This document shows, piece after piece, positions 37,062-48,940 of a stretch of 64,000 nucleotides of DNA (positions are counted from its first letter, which is position 1; each line of letters opens with the position of its first letter). Source of the stretch: Balamuthia mandrillaris (taxonomy: Eukaryota); NCBI GenBank assembly GCA_031835245.2, contig JAVKOQ020000009.1, positions 124,001-188,000 of the forward strand, given 5' to 3'. Below the pieces are notes generated by a model. It was given only the letters and a program-made list of their open reading frames with translations. It was not told where the DNA came from and made no database searches. Made by a program: the position numbers and the translations under genes.

Positions 37062-39255
37062 ATGAGCACAGAAGAACAAAAGACGGAAGCCGTAACGAAC
37101 GGAAACGGGGAGGCCGTGACGGCCTCGCAGAAGAAGCGGAGAAGAAGAAAGCAAAAACGAGGCACCATCACCCCTTCCTCTTCCGCCACCAAGATCGCTG
37201 CCGAGCAACAAAAGCAGGAGGCGGTGCTGGAGAGGAGGCAGAGCAGAACCTATCGCAAGCGGCAGAACCGGCGTCAACGCTCCACGCTGAGCGGCACCAT
37301 GCTGGCCACGGAAGCTCAAGAGGAGGCAGACCTGGAAGAAATAGAAGGAGAGGCACAACAGCAGCAGCAGCCAGAAAAAGAAAAGGAGAAGAAAGAGGAA
37401 GAAGCAAAGGAGCAAGAGAAGGAGAAAGCGGCTGAAGAAGAAGCAAAACAAAAAGAGGAGGAAGCTGCCGCACAGAAAGCTGTAGAGGAAGAGGAAGCTG
37501 CGAAGAAAGCTGCTGAGGAAGAAGCAGCAAAGAAGGCTGCCGAGGAAGAGGAGGCCGCCAAGAAAGCAGCAGAGGACGAGGAAGCCGCAAAGAAAGCTGT
37601 TGCGGAAGAGGAGGCTGCAAAGAAAGCTGCTGCGGAAGAGGAAGCCGCAACGAAGGCTGCCGAGGAAGAGGAGGCCGCCAAGAAAGCAACAGAGGAAGAG
37701 GAAGCCGCCAAGAAAGCTGCTGCGGAAGAGGAGGTTGCAAAGAAAGCAGCAGAGGAAGAGGAAGCCGCAAAGAAGGCTGCCGAGGAAGAGGAAGCAGCGA
37801 AGAAGGTTGCGGAGGAAGAGGAAGCCGCCAAGAAAGCTGGTGCGGAAGAGGAAGCAGCAAAGAAGGCTGCCGAGGAAGAGGAAGCTGCAAAGAAGGCTGC
37901 CGAAGAAGAGGCTGCGAAGATAGCAGAAGAGGAAGAAGCAAAGAAAGCCGCAGAGGAAGAGGAAGCCGCCAAGAAAGCTGCTGAGGAGTTGGAGGCTGCG
38001 AAGAAAGCTGCGAATGAAGAAGCAGCTAAGAAAGCCGCAGAGGAAGAGGAAGCCGCCAAGAAAGCTGCCGAAGAAGAAGAAGCTGCAAAGAAGGCTGCTG
38101 AAGAGGAGGCCGCGAGAAAAGCAGCAGAGGAAGAGGAAGCTGCCAGAAAAGCGGCTGAAGAAGAAGCCGCTCGGAAAGCAGCAGAGGAAGAAGAAGCTGC
38201 AAAGAAGGCCGCCGAAGAGGAAGCTGCCAGAAAAGCTGCGGAAGAAGAAGCCGCTCGGAAAGCTGCGGAGGAAGAAGAAGCCGCAAAGAAGGCTGCTGAA
38301 GAGGAGGCTGCTCAGAAAGCAGCTGAGGAAGAGGAAGCTGCCAGAAAAGCGGCCGAAGAAGAAGCCGCTCGGAAAGCAGCAGAGGAAGAAGAAGCTGCAA
38401 AGAAGGCTGCTGAAGAGGAGGCCGCCAGAAAAGCTGCAGAGGAGCAGGCTGCTCGAAAAGCAGCTGAGGAAGAAGCTGCCAGGAAAGCTGCCGAAGAAGA
38501 AGAAGCTGCAAAGAAGGCTGCTGAAGAGGAAGCAGCCAGAAAAGCTGCAGAAGAAGAGGCTGCTCGGAAAGCTGCAGAGGAAGAGGAAGCCGCCAAGAAC
38601 GCCGCCGAAGAAGAAGCAGCAAAGAAAGCTGCTGAGGAAGAGGCTGCACGAAAGGCCGCCGAAGAGGAAGCCGCAAAGAAAGCTGCAGAAGAAGAGGCTG
38701 CTCGGAAAGCTGCAGAGGAAGAGGAAGCCGCCGAAGAAGAAGCAGCCAAGAAAGCCGCTGAAGCAGAAGCAGCAAAGAAGGCTGCAGAGGAAGAGGAAGC
38801 TGCCAGAAAAGCTGCCGAAGAAGAAGCTGCCAAGAAAGCCGCTGAAGCAGAAGCAGCAAAGAAGGCTGCTGAAGAGGAGGAGGCAAGGAAGGCTGCCGAA
38901 GAAGCAGCAAAGAAAGCAGCAGAAGAAGATGCTGCGGCCAAACAACAAGAGACTGGCGGTGAACAATCGCAGCAGAAGTGGTACACTCACGAAGAGCTCA
39001 AGCAACGACCCCCTATCGAAGGACTAGACGCCACCAAGCTGGAGGTTTATCTCTCTCTCTCGTCTCGTGTCTCTTCTCTCTGTTTCTATTTCCACAACAA
39101 ACTCAACTCTTTCAAATTTTGTGTTTGTTCATCAACACCAGAGCTATCTCAGCGACACAGACTTCCAGAGTGTGTTTGGCATGAGCAGGGCTGATTTCTA
39201 CAAGCAAGCCGCTTGGAAGCAGAAGAGAGCCAAAATCGAGAAAGGCCTATTTTGA
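37062..39255 (+). CDS. Villin-headpiece protein with about 500-aa (KAAEEE(E)AA[K/R])n repeat, 2 exons
   Basis: C-terminus YTHEELKQRPPIEGLDATKLE|SYLSDTDFQSVFGMSRADFYKQAAWKQKRAKIEKGLF is a villin headpiece; basic N-terminus; 27-30 nt coding repeats at about 37430-38940. Confidence 0.9.
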
Positions 39256-39373
39256 AAGGAGAACAAACAAACAAACAAACAAACAAACCAATGCGACATT
39301 CTTATCTTCCCTTCCCTTCTTTATTATTGTTAATTTCTTTCTTTGTTACTAAACACCTTTGTTTTGCATATCT

Positions 39374-39407
<34 letters not shown>

Positions 39408-39485
39408 CACAGCCTAACGGTATTATAAAATTATAAACGTTGTTATTAACGATAGTTAATGTAACGCAATAAAAATAAGAGAAGA

Positions 39486-40370
39486 ATGGGACAAAAGGTA
39501 TCGTCCCCGCAAGAACACACCACCGCCAAAGACAAAGAGGGAGTTGCCCACGCGAACTTTGCTTCTCTCTTGGGCTCTTCATCGTCATCGCCTTCCACAC
39601 CCGCCGCACTCGTCGACCCAACAGATCTATTCTCATGCACCAAAGAAAAGGAAGAAGACAAAGCAAAGGAAAAAGAAGAGCAGCAACAGCTCCCTCAACA
39701 TCGTTTTGCTTGTTTGGTACGAAACGTGCTGACAGAGGAGGAATGCGCAGCTCTCATAGAGGCCACTGAGCGGCTCGGCTACGACGTGCAGAACCCCAGC
39801 ATGAAGCATGAGGTCAACCGTCGGTGTCGCCTTCTTGTGGAGGACCCTGCTCTTTCCTCTCTGCTCTTCTCTCGTCTTCAACCATTTCTTCCGCTTCGCT
39901 TTGACCCTACAAACAATAACAACAACAAAGAAGAAGAAGAAGAAGAAGAAGAACAAGAAGGAGAGGAGGAGCAACAAAACAGAAGCAACGAATATTCTTT
40001 GGTGGGGCTTAATGAAAGACTGCGATTCTGTCGTTATGCGGTTGGACAATCCTTCTCCGCCCATCAGGATGCTTTCTTCAAGCGGAACGCCCGAGAGAGG
40101 TCTTTTATCACCTGCATGGTCTACCTGAACGGAGGCTTCGAAGGAGGGGCCACTCAATTCTTGGAGGAGGATAGAACGAGCGTTGGGGAGAGCGACCACG
40201 AGGCAGGCGTGCTATGCAGCATTCGCCCAGAACCAGGCTTGTGCCTGCTGTTTGATCATAACCTGCTGCATGAGGGATGCACCCTGCTCTCAGGGGAGAA
40301 GTACATCCTCCGCACAGAGGTCATGTATCGACGTCGAGGGGACGGGTCGCAGGGACAGCCTGTAGAATAA
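39486..40370 (+). CDS. 2OG-Fe(II) oxygenase, prolyl-4-hydroxylase-like, intronless
   Basis: NVLTEEECAALI, GLNERLRFCRY, HQD (HxD), MVYLNGGFEGGAT, LHEG, KYILRTEV; MGQKVSS is a possible N-myristoylation signal. Confidence 0.9.
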   Translation: MGQKVSSPQEHTTAKDKEGVAHANFASLLGSSSSSPSTPAALVDPTDLFSCTKEKEEDKAKEKEEQQQLPQHRFACLVRNVLTEEECAALIEATERLGYDVQNPSMKHEVNRRCRLLVEDPALSSLLFSRLQPFLPLRFDPTNNNNNKEEEEEEEEQEGEEEQQNRSNEYSLVGLNERLRFCRYAVGQSFSAHQDAFFKRNARERSFITCMVYLNGGFEGGATQFLEEDRTSVGESDHEAGVLCSIRPEPGLCLLFDHNLLHEGCTLLSGEKYILRTEVMYRRRGDGSQGQPVE

Positions 40371-40455
40371 AAACGCGCAAATGGCAAGGACAAGATATGC
40401 CCTTCATCAAGAAACAACATTCAGATCACTTCTGCTGGGCCACCGCTTCCCCCGC

Positions 40456-40473
40456 TATATATAGGTGACGTCA
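40456..40473. promoter_or_regulatory. TATA-like box next to a CRE-like palindrome upstream of the U-box gene
   Basis: TATATATA-GG-TGACGTCA; a GTGAGT donor at about 40734 suggests a 5'-UTR intron. Confidence 0.3.
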
Positions 40474-40985
40474 TTTATTTTCTGCGAAACGAGCGAGAAA
40501 CGATCGATCGATCCAGCTATTTTTTACTGAAATTTCCACAGCAACTTCATTCATTGCCGATCAAATTTTTTCCCTTTTTTTATTCTTTTGCAAAAAAAGA
40601 AAAGAAAAGAAAGGAAAAGGCGTAGCGGCAGGCGGCCTCCCCTCCACCCCCCAGTTCAGTTCAGTTCAGTTCAGTTGGGTTCAAGTAAGGGCGGGGAAGG
40701 CGGTGGGCAAGCTTTTGTTCCAGAAAACAAGAGGTGAGTTAGTGTGTGTGTTTTTGTGTGTTTTGTTTGAGATGGAGACAATCTGCATCGGATTCGATTA
40801 TTTTTTTTAAGCATCAATTACCACTACGTTTGTTTTTTTTTTTTTTGAAAAAAAAGTCTTTTTCCAAAAAACTAATCCTTTACTTTATGGCTTATTCTGT
40901 TTATTCCTCTTCCGTTTTTTTTTAAAAAAAAGAACCAAAGGGGGTGATCGACCAACTCAAAAAAAAAAAATACGAAAGGGTCAGC

Positions 40986-43900
40986 ATGTTTACGTACGAT
41001 GACAGGACGTCACCGCGTTATGCCTCTCCTCCAACCACGCGCCGCATGCGAAGAGGCAGTTATGACTCTGGAGAGGAGGAGGACGCCACAGAACCACAAC
41101 GACAACGACCTTATCATCATCAACAACAACAGCACCCACAAGCAATGGCACGAATGCCACGCAGCGGAACAGCAAGAACGAGAAGAAGGAGCATTCGAGG
41201 AGGCATGATGACGTCTGCTCCTAGCACTGCCACTTCCTCCAGACGACGGTCGGACCTGTTGATCAGCACAGAGGATGAAGAGGAAGAAGAGAGAGAAAGG
41301 AGGGAAGATTACTTCAACCCTTTCCTGCCTCCGTCATCGACCTCGCCTCTTGAGCCCATTCCTTCCGGCTTTCGACCTCGTGCTGCCTCCGCTTCTTCCT
41401 CTTCTTCTTACTCGATTGGACCTTTGGACCATGAGTCTTCCTTGCCACCTCCCCCGCGTCCTTCTTCAGCCTCCCCGCGCTCTCCGTCTTCTTCTCCTTA
41501 TTCTGCCTTTCGTAATGACAACTACAACAACAGCAGAAACCATGGCACAAGCAACAGTCTGGATGACTTTCTGTTTTGGGATCAGCAACCGCCTCAATCT
41601 TCGTCTTCTTCGTATGCCTCTTCAACTTCATTTATGCCCGAATTCACGCACAAGCAACGACATACCAAAGAGAAAGAAAAGGAAGACGAGAGTCGGTTGT
41701 CTCTCAGCGATTCCTCCTCTTCCTCTTCTTCTTTCTTCCCTCCACAATGGGATGACGATGAAGCTAATCCCATGACCCAATCTCTGAGCTTTGTCTTTGA
41801 GGACCCTATTTCCATGGAATTGATGGTAATGTCACTTTTGTCCATTGCTCTGTCTGTTCTTGCTAGTATGATAGTTTTCTATTGTTTACCCTGCTAACAC
41901 AGTACCTGACACCTTATAGGAAAATGCGGTAATGACAGTATGTGGTCATAGCTTTGAGGAATCAACATTGAACAGTTGGATTGCACAACGCAAGCTGTAC
42001 TGCCCTCTGTGCAACACTCCGCTTTCTCCGCGTGACATTCGTCCCAATTATAAGCTGAGAGAGGCGGTGGACAAGTACAAGCTAAATAAAGAGTTGGAAC
42101 AGCGAAGAAAGCAACAAAAGGAGAAGGAAAGCGCCGAGAAGCAACGTCAACAGGAGGAGAGAGTGAGAGAAGAAAGGGAACGAGAAGCACAACAGTTGGC
42201 TAAAGAAGCGGAGGAGGAGAAACAGCGAGTGGCGGAGCTGGAGCAGAGGCTCGCCGAAGTAACGCGTTTGTACGAGGAAGAAAAATCAGAGTTCGAAAAG
42301 AAACAGGATCGCTATGAAAGAATGAAGAAAAGAGAAAAGGAAAAGCGAGAAAGGTTCAAACAGGAAAGAGAGGAGGTGGAAGCGAGACTCAGAGAGTTGG
42401 AAGCAGAGCAAAGAAGAAGAGAAGAGGAAGAACAGACCAGAAGAGCAGAGCTGGAAAGAACATATAGCGATTTGGAGCAACGCTACTTGGCTGAACGAAA
42501 AGAAATGGAACGCAAAGAACGGACTTTGCAAAGAGCAATACAAGAGCGAGAAGAGAGAGAACGAGAGGAAAGAGAACAGTTACTCAGAGAAAGAGCTGAA
42601 GAGGAGGAACGATGGAAGCACATGGCCGATGAAGAACGTCGTAAAAGAGCAGCCCAGTTTGAGGAACGACAAAAACAACTAGAAAAGAAGTATCGAGAAG
42701 AAATGAAACTAGCGCAGCGAAGATATGAAGAAGAAATCAGAGAACAGAGACAAAGAGAAGAAGCTGAGCTAGAAAGACAAAGGCTGATATTGGAGGATTT
42801 GAAAGCAAAAGATGAGGAGCGAAGAAGAAGCTATGAAGAGGAAAGTCAAAAGCGGCTAGAGTTAAAAAGGATGAACCAATTTTTGGCTGCACGCATGGAA
42901 GAAGAAAGGAAAGAAGTGGAGAGAATGAAAAGATTGCTTGAGGAGGAGAAGAGAGCCAAAGAATTGAAAGAGAAGGAGAACGCAAGCTATCATGAAGTGC
43001 TTGCGAAAAGTTTGGAAAGTGGTCTTGCTTATCTTCCTGCAATCCAGCTTCCAAATGTGTCTGCTACTCTGGTATCGTCTCTATCCACTTTCACCTTTCT
43101 TTTACTTCTTTCTTCTCTCTTCTACATGTAGAATACTGAGAATTTTCTTTTTGTCAAATCCTTCAGTCTTCAACCCTACTGCAAACGTGGAGAAGACACA
43201 ACACAACCCCAAATCCTCTTCGCCAAAGCAACGTCATAGGACCCCTCATTGCCTCTCTAAGAGACTATGACCTTCACGACCGAAGAGGCTCTCATCGCAA
43301 CAGTCCCGTTTGGCGAGCGATAGACCGTAAGACAGGTGAACCAGTGGCCCTGAAGTTGCGCGTTCGCATCAAAGGCCACAACGACTTGACCGTCTTCAGA
43401 GAAGCGATGCTACTGCACGGTCTCGTTCATCCCAACATTCCAAAGCTGCTAAAATTGGTTCCTGGAAAGCACATTGGAAGGAGACACCAGGAGTTTTACA
43501 TGATCTTGCCATTTGTTCCTTTTGACCTCGATCACTTTTTGAACATTTCGATGGAATCATTGAACACCACACAGGTTTGCTTTTGTTTTCTTTCTTTCCA
43601 TCGCACGCTTTTCTAACTATGTTGAAACGTAGATCCGTCACTTAATGTTTCAGTTGTTGTTGGTCGTATGTTACATCCACTCCTGCGAAGTGGTTCACAA
43701 CGACATCCGTCCAACGAGCATTCTCATAGCAAGCGATGGGTCCGGCAGAATCTTTCTTGCTGGGTGGTCGAATGCTTTCTCCCTCCTATCTCCTTCCTCA
43801 TTAGCATCATCATCAGCGTTCTCTTCTTCAAAGGAATTATTTTCCAATGAACAACAATCACTTCACTCTTCCTCTTCGGCTTCCTCTTCTGCTTCCCCCT

Positions 43901-44844
43901 CTGCTTCAACTTTTTCTCTGTTCTCATCGCTCTCTGCATCTTCCTTCTCCTTTTTTTCATCGTCCTCTTCCTCTTCCTCTTCCTCACCCTCAACTCCTAT
44001 TAACCTTCATTATACCTCTCCTGAACTCATTCTTCATCAATACCACCCTTCTTCATCCTCATCTCCTTCTTCATTACCTATTGAATGGAGGAAGAAATCA
44101 GACATTTGGTCTTGTGGCTGCATTCTAGCACAACTTCTCAACTCAAAACGAAGACATTATCCACTCTTCGCCGGCAGATCACCCGAACAAGTCCTGCAGA
44201 ACATTCTCAGCTTTGCTGACACTAGGAGGACGATGGGAGAGGCTCTCTCCAACCGTTTCCCAGAGGAACTCGATCCTCATTCTGCTATTCTTCTTCATCG
44301 CCCTAAAGATTCTTTCGAGCATTACTTGTCTTTGGAAGCGGAAAATACTGAAAAATCAAGAACGAGCGAAAGAGACGGATCTGCTTCTGCTTCTCTTTCA
44401 TTCGACCTTCAAAGACAACTTGAACAAAGTCTTTCCTCAAAAGAGAACAGCTATGCACCAGAAAGACAAAGGCAACATCGACAATCCACTGGAACTTCTT
44501 CATCTTCACTTTCCTATCAACAACACCACGAAAAGGAAAAAGAAACAGAAGCATCTTCCGCAAAGAAAAGAGAAGAGGAAGAGGAAGAAAGAAAGCTAGC
44601 ACTGGATCTCCTAAGCAAAATGTTATGCTTTGATCCCAACCAACGAATAACGGCGTTAGAAGCCCTGAACCATCGATACTTTGCCAGCTTCGATGCCATC
44701 CGACGACGCAAAAAGAAGTTATGGAAGTGCGCCCTACCCAACCATCTCTTTGTGGACGACAACCTCTCCAACTTTCTTCAAGAGTTTTGTTGCGGCCTGT
44801 TTTCTTCTTCATCTTCATCTTCATCTTCATCTTCTGCCAACTAA
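40986..44844 (+). CDS. U-box + coiled-coil + CMGC/MAPK-like (pseudo)kinase, multi-exon
   Basis: FEDPISMELM|ENAVMTVCGHSFEESTLNSWI..CPLCNTPL; E/R/K-rich coil; VALK, HPNIPKL, HNDIRPTSIL, LHYTSPEL, SDIWSCGCILAQL, DLLSKMLCFDPNQRITALEALNHRYF. Confidence 0.85.
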
Positions 44845-44992
44845 ATGTCCAATTTAACCACCAAAGTAAAGAGAGAGAGAAGAGAGAGAGAGAGGAGACC
44901 ATTGCGCCTTCTCACCGTCCCACACAACGTTGGCAAGATTATGTATTCAAGCTCGAAACACATAGAGAGAGAGAGAGAGAGAGAGAGACAAA

Positions 44993-45970
44993 TCACAAGC
45001 TGCCATAAGAGGAGTCCTGAGAGGCACCGCCGACATCGGAGGTGGAGTAGCTGTCAGCAGCGTCCCTGTGGCTGAGGTAGCTGGTGGTGGTGTCGCTCTC
45101 GCCGCCGAGGAGCAGCTTGAAGGGGAAGAAGGCGCAGGAGTGGACCATGAGGAGGAGGAAGGAGAAGCCGCCCACCATGCCCAACCAATACCAAAAGTCA
45201 TATCCAGTGTACCATTGCACCTCCTCGTAGTAGGTCTCAAAGTAGTCCCCAACCTCAAGCACGAGCCTTGCTCTGTGTTTCTCCAAAGGAACAATGGAAG
45301 GAGCCGCAGCCCAGTCGACCAGCTCGTAGCCGACGCTGCTGCCGCCCTTGTACCAACGGTAGATAATCCTCTTCCAGAAGAGCGTGGTGGTCTTCTGCTC
45401 CAACACCTCGGCGCTGCAGAGGCCGCTCGGCACCTCCTTCAAGGGAACATAGTCGGGCTGAGTGGCGTCCTTCTTGTGGACCTTCTCGGTGAGCTTGGGG
45501 TCGTAGAGCAGCGCGAAGGCGTCCTTGGTGTTGTTCTCGTACTTGGGGTCGTTGGAGAAGGTGATCTCGCAGGTGACGTTGCCATAGGGGAAGTCGGCAC
45601 TGTATTCGTCTTTGGCATTCTCATTAAACGCGATGCAACCATCCGAGTGCATAGTAGCGGTGAGCAAGAGGTCCATGTGCTTCGAGTCTAGCGACATGTG
45701 GCACTTGGTCTCCGCCTCGATGATCGGCACGCCGCTACGGGGGCAAACGCTGAAGGCCGGCATGGGGATGTCCTCCTTCAGAGCCAGCTGCACCTGGAAC
45801 GTCCTGTCCTGCTCCGCGTTGGCCAGCTTGTCAAAGGCGAAGCCGATGTAGATGAACCAGAGGATGAGGAGGGGCACCCAGATGAGCGTCCATATTTGGG
45901 TCACACGGTCGCTCCTGAGCTTGGCGAAGAAGTCACGGTCGCAGACGAGGCAGTTTGGTGGTCCGCACAT
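44993..45970 (-). CDS. Two-TM membrane protein with Cys-containing ectodomain, DEG/ENaC-like, intronless
   Basis: TM1 IWTLIWVPLLILWFIYIGFAF, post-TM1 IPMPAFSVCP, and pre-TM2/TM2 YYEEVQWYTGYDFWYWLGMVGGFSFLLLMVH. Confidence 0.65.
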   Translation of the reverse strand: MCGPPNCLVCDRDFFAKLRSDRVTQIWTLIWVPLLILWFIYIGFAFDKLANAEQDRTFQVQLALKEDIPMPAFSVCPRSGVPIIEAETKCHMSLDSKHMDLLLTATMHSDGCIAFNENAKDEYSADFPYGNVTCEITFSNDPKYENNTKDAFALLYDPKLTEKVHKKDATQPDYVPLKEVPSGLCSAEVLEQKTTTLFWKRIIYRWYKGGSSVGYELVDWAAAPSIVPLEKHRARLVLEVGDYFETYYEEVQWYTGYDFWYWLGMVGGFSFLLLMVHSCAFFPFKLLLGGESDTTTSYLSHRDAADSYSTSDVGGASQDSSYGSL

Positions 45971-46528
45971 TGTTTATTCTTTGTTGATTTATTATTATCA
46001 TCATTTTTGTTAACAAAAAAAAAGGGGGAAAAATAGATTAGATAGAAAGAAAGAAAAAGATGAAAAGAGAAAGAAAAAAAAAGGGTTAGAGAAGAAAGAA
46101 AGCAAACAACGTGGAAGAAGAGAATGAAGGGAGGGAGAAAAAAAAATAGACAAAAGAAGGCAAGGGTCATCAAAAAAAAAAAAATACCTCAAGGGAAAGA
46201 TGCACTCTGCACACACACACACAGCGTCAAACTGCTCTTCGTTCTGTTTTTTCCCCCTTTGAAAAAAACTGCCCCAAAAGAAAAAGCAAAAAAAAAATAA
46301 TGAATGAAATAAGGGATTTTTCTTTCATTCAATTAATTGCCAAATGGCATGAGGAGAATTTGAAATATGCAAACTACTCAAAGAATTTAGGGAATTCGAA
46401 CTATTGTGTCGTCTCTCCTCTCCTCTCTCCTGTCTCTCTCTTCTCTCGTCTCCGTCCCTCCCCAGCTTTCTCCTTTCTCTCCCTCTCTCTCTCGCCCTAT
46501 TCGTCTTCAAGTGCATAGCTTTATGTTT

Positions 46529-48256
46529 TTATTCAGCTTTGCTGGAAGAGGAGGATGATGAAGAAGAGGCAGAGGCGTCACCATCGGATAGCTTCAACGG
46601 ACCCTGCAAAGGCATGCCGTGCTTCAACCGGTGCTCCAATCCCAACAGCCACACGCAGACATTCCTCACGTAACGCGCCGTTCCAGCGGTATCCCAGTGG
46701 CAATAGAGCTTGGTGAAGCCGCAGTCCAAGAGGATGCGGCCTTGATGGGTCTCGATGTCGGGGTAGTCGGCGTAGAGCATGCAAGGGTAGTTGTCGGAGG
46801 AGGTGGCCAGGACCCTGAGGTTCTTACCGGCGGGTTCGGGGTAGCAGATGGTAACGCCCTCATAGAGGTTGGTGATGCCGGAAGTGAGGAGATGTCGCCC
46901 GAACTGTTGTCGTTGCTTGGCCACGCCCACCGCCAACTGCTTGTCGCCCGAGGTAGACCCTAAGCAGAAGAACAAGCAAAAAGTTAAGGGCAACCAAAAG
47001 AAGGAAGGGAAGAGAGCCGAAGAGAGAAGAAAAAATGAATACCCTTCAACACCGTTTCCGGACAAAGCTTGGCCAAGATGGCATTGGCGGTGGCGACGAA
47101 TGGGGCATTGTCGGCCCAGATGGCCAGGCCTCTGCCCGACTGATGGTGGCGCCAGCAGGCCTCCACCACAGCTGGCGTGTGCGCATTTACCGTCTGGTCG
47201 CTGACGATGAAGCCGATGTCGTTGGCGGGGAGGTTCTTGGCGAAGCCCTCCTCGCTGGTGGTCACGTACACACGGAAACCTTTCTCTCCCAACGCTTTGC
47301 CTGCATCCTTCATGAATACTTCCTATATAGCATTATAGTAGTAAACATACAGAAACAACGCATTTAAGCAAGCCGCACACCAAACGAACCTCGCTCAGGT
47401 AAGTGCAGAACAGGCCAACAAGAACGGAGAACTGTCCAAAGGCGCCCTCGTGGCCGAGGTCGTACTCTCTGCCTTGCGGGTTGGAGAACTTGTCGCGCGC
47501 GGCTCCGCTGATCTGGTCGTGCAGGCCGGCAAAGTTGGTGTAAAAGTCAGAGATGCTGAGCCCGCGCGTCAAGGAGACTCCAGAGGAGGAGCTGCCTGCT
47601 TTTGGCGTAAGGTTGAGTTTGCTGTCAGCTCTCTTCAGTTGTCTTGGAGGGGGTTTCTTCTTTGGTTTCTCTTCCTTCTCCTCCTCTTCCTCTTCCTCTT
47701 CCTCTTCCTCCTCTTTTTTGGTCTTTTTGGCTTTGCCTTTGTCTTTGCTGCTGGCAGTCTTCTTCGTGGAAGCAGCAGAAGAATGAGCGGTCTTCCTCTT
47801 CTTCGTTTTGCTTTCTTTGGCTTTCTCCTCCTCCTCTTCCTCCTTTTCAGCTTCCTCTTCTTTCTCCGTGGTTTGAACCAACCTCGCCATCAAGGCTATG
47901 AACTCGTCCACCTCGATCGTTCCGTTCTCGTCCTTGTCGGCCTCCCTCATGATGAGGCCTGCCTCCTGCGGACCCACCCGAAAGCCCAGGTTCCTCAGCA
48001 CGGCCTCCAATTCCGGTTGGGTGACGTGCCCGTCGTGGTCGTCGTCGAAGAGGTGGAAGACCATGCGAAACTCTGCCTGCTCCGCCTGGGTGAGGGTCTT
48101 GGCCTCCTCGCCGAGGAGCTGCACGGGGTCGCCGCTGCGTTTGGCCTTGGCGGCCTTGGCGAGGAGGGGTTGGATGGTCTCTCGGGCCTTCTTCTTGTCC
48201 GGGTCGGCCTCCACCTCGTCCAAATGTCTCTTCAAGCTTTGGCTGCGTGTCTCCAT
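46529..48256 (-). CDS. EF-hand pair (calmodulin-lobe-like) fused to an uncharacterised alpha/beta C-terminal domain, 3 exons
   Basis: FHLFDDDHDGHVTQPEL and EADKDENGTIEVDEF; C-terminal GRGLAIWADNAPF, GITNLYEGVTICYP, GRILLDCGFTKLY..WDTAGTARYVRN. Confidence 0.75.
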
Positions 48257-48560
48257 CCGTTTAAGCTCTGTTATTGCGAATGCTGTTCGTTGGGAGACCA
48301 GCAAACAAAAGTCGGTTCGTTATATGAATAATGCAACTGTTATATAAAAATGCATAAAACAAATTACCAGTAAAGAATTAAAATTAGAGGAAAATTTTGG
48401 ATTTCTTAGTAATATTTCATCGATAACATTCCTTAAAAGGCAAATAATTAACCTAAGCGTTCAACAATTGTTCATTATTTCCGATAATCATTATATTTTT
48501 TCGGAGTGTTGACGATTATTCGACATGCGAAGAGAAAGAAAAGAAAGACAAGGGCTCGCT

Positions 48561-48885
48561 ATGGAGGAGTGCCGCGTAACGGGAGAGAGGCCGCTTGGCT
48601 CCGGCCGGTGGTTGCAGCTGAAGGAGCTGACGTACGTGGACGCCAAAGGAGAGGAGCGCACATGGGAAACCACCGAAAGGACCACCAGAAAGGGAGAGGT
48701 CGATGGTCCGTTTTGTTTTTTTTTTTTGCCTCCAACAAGCAACAAATGCTTTCTTATTGAGGTGTTTACAGGAGTGGATATCATCGCGCTTTACAAGAAG
48801 ACAGGAAAGGCCCCTCAATTGTTGCTCATCAAACAGTTCAGGCCGCCCACCAACCAAATTTGCATCGAGTTTCCTGCTGGTTTGC

Positions 48886-48940
<55 letters not shown>

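Noticed and set aside
37430..38940. Possible CRISPR array or bacterial TolA gene
   Set aside because: The repeats are in-frame codon repeats without unique spacers, and the gene has an intron and a villin headpiece
36933..39005. 690-aa antisense ORF and other alternative-frame ORFs over the KAAEEE repeat
   Set aside because: Shadow of the repetitive sense ORF
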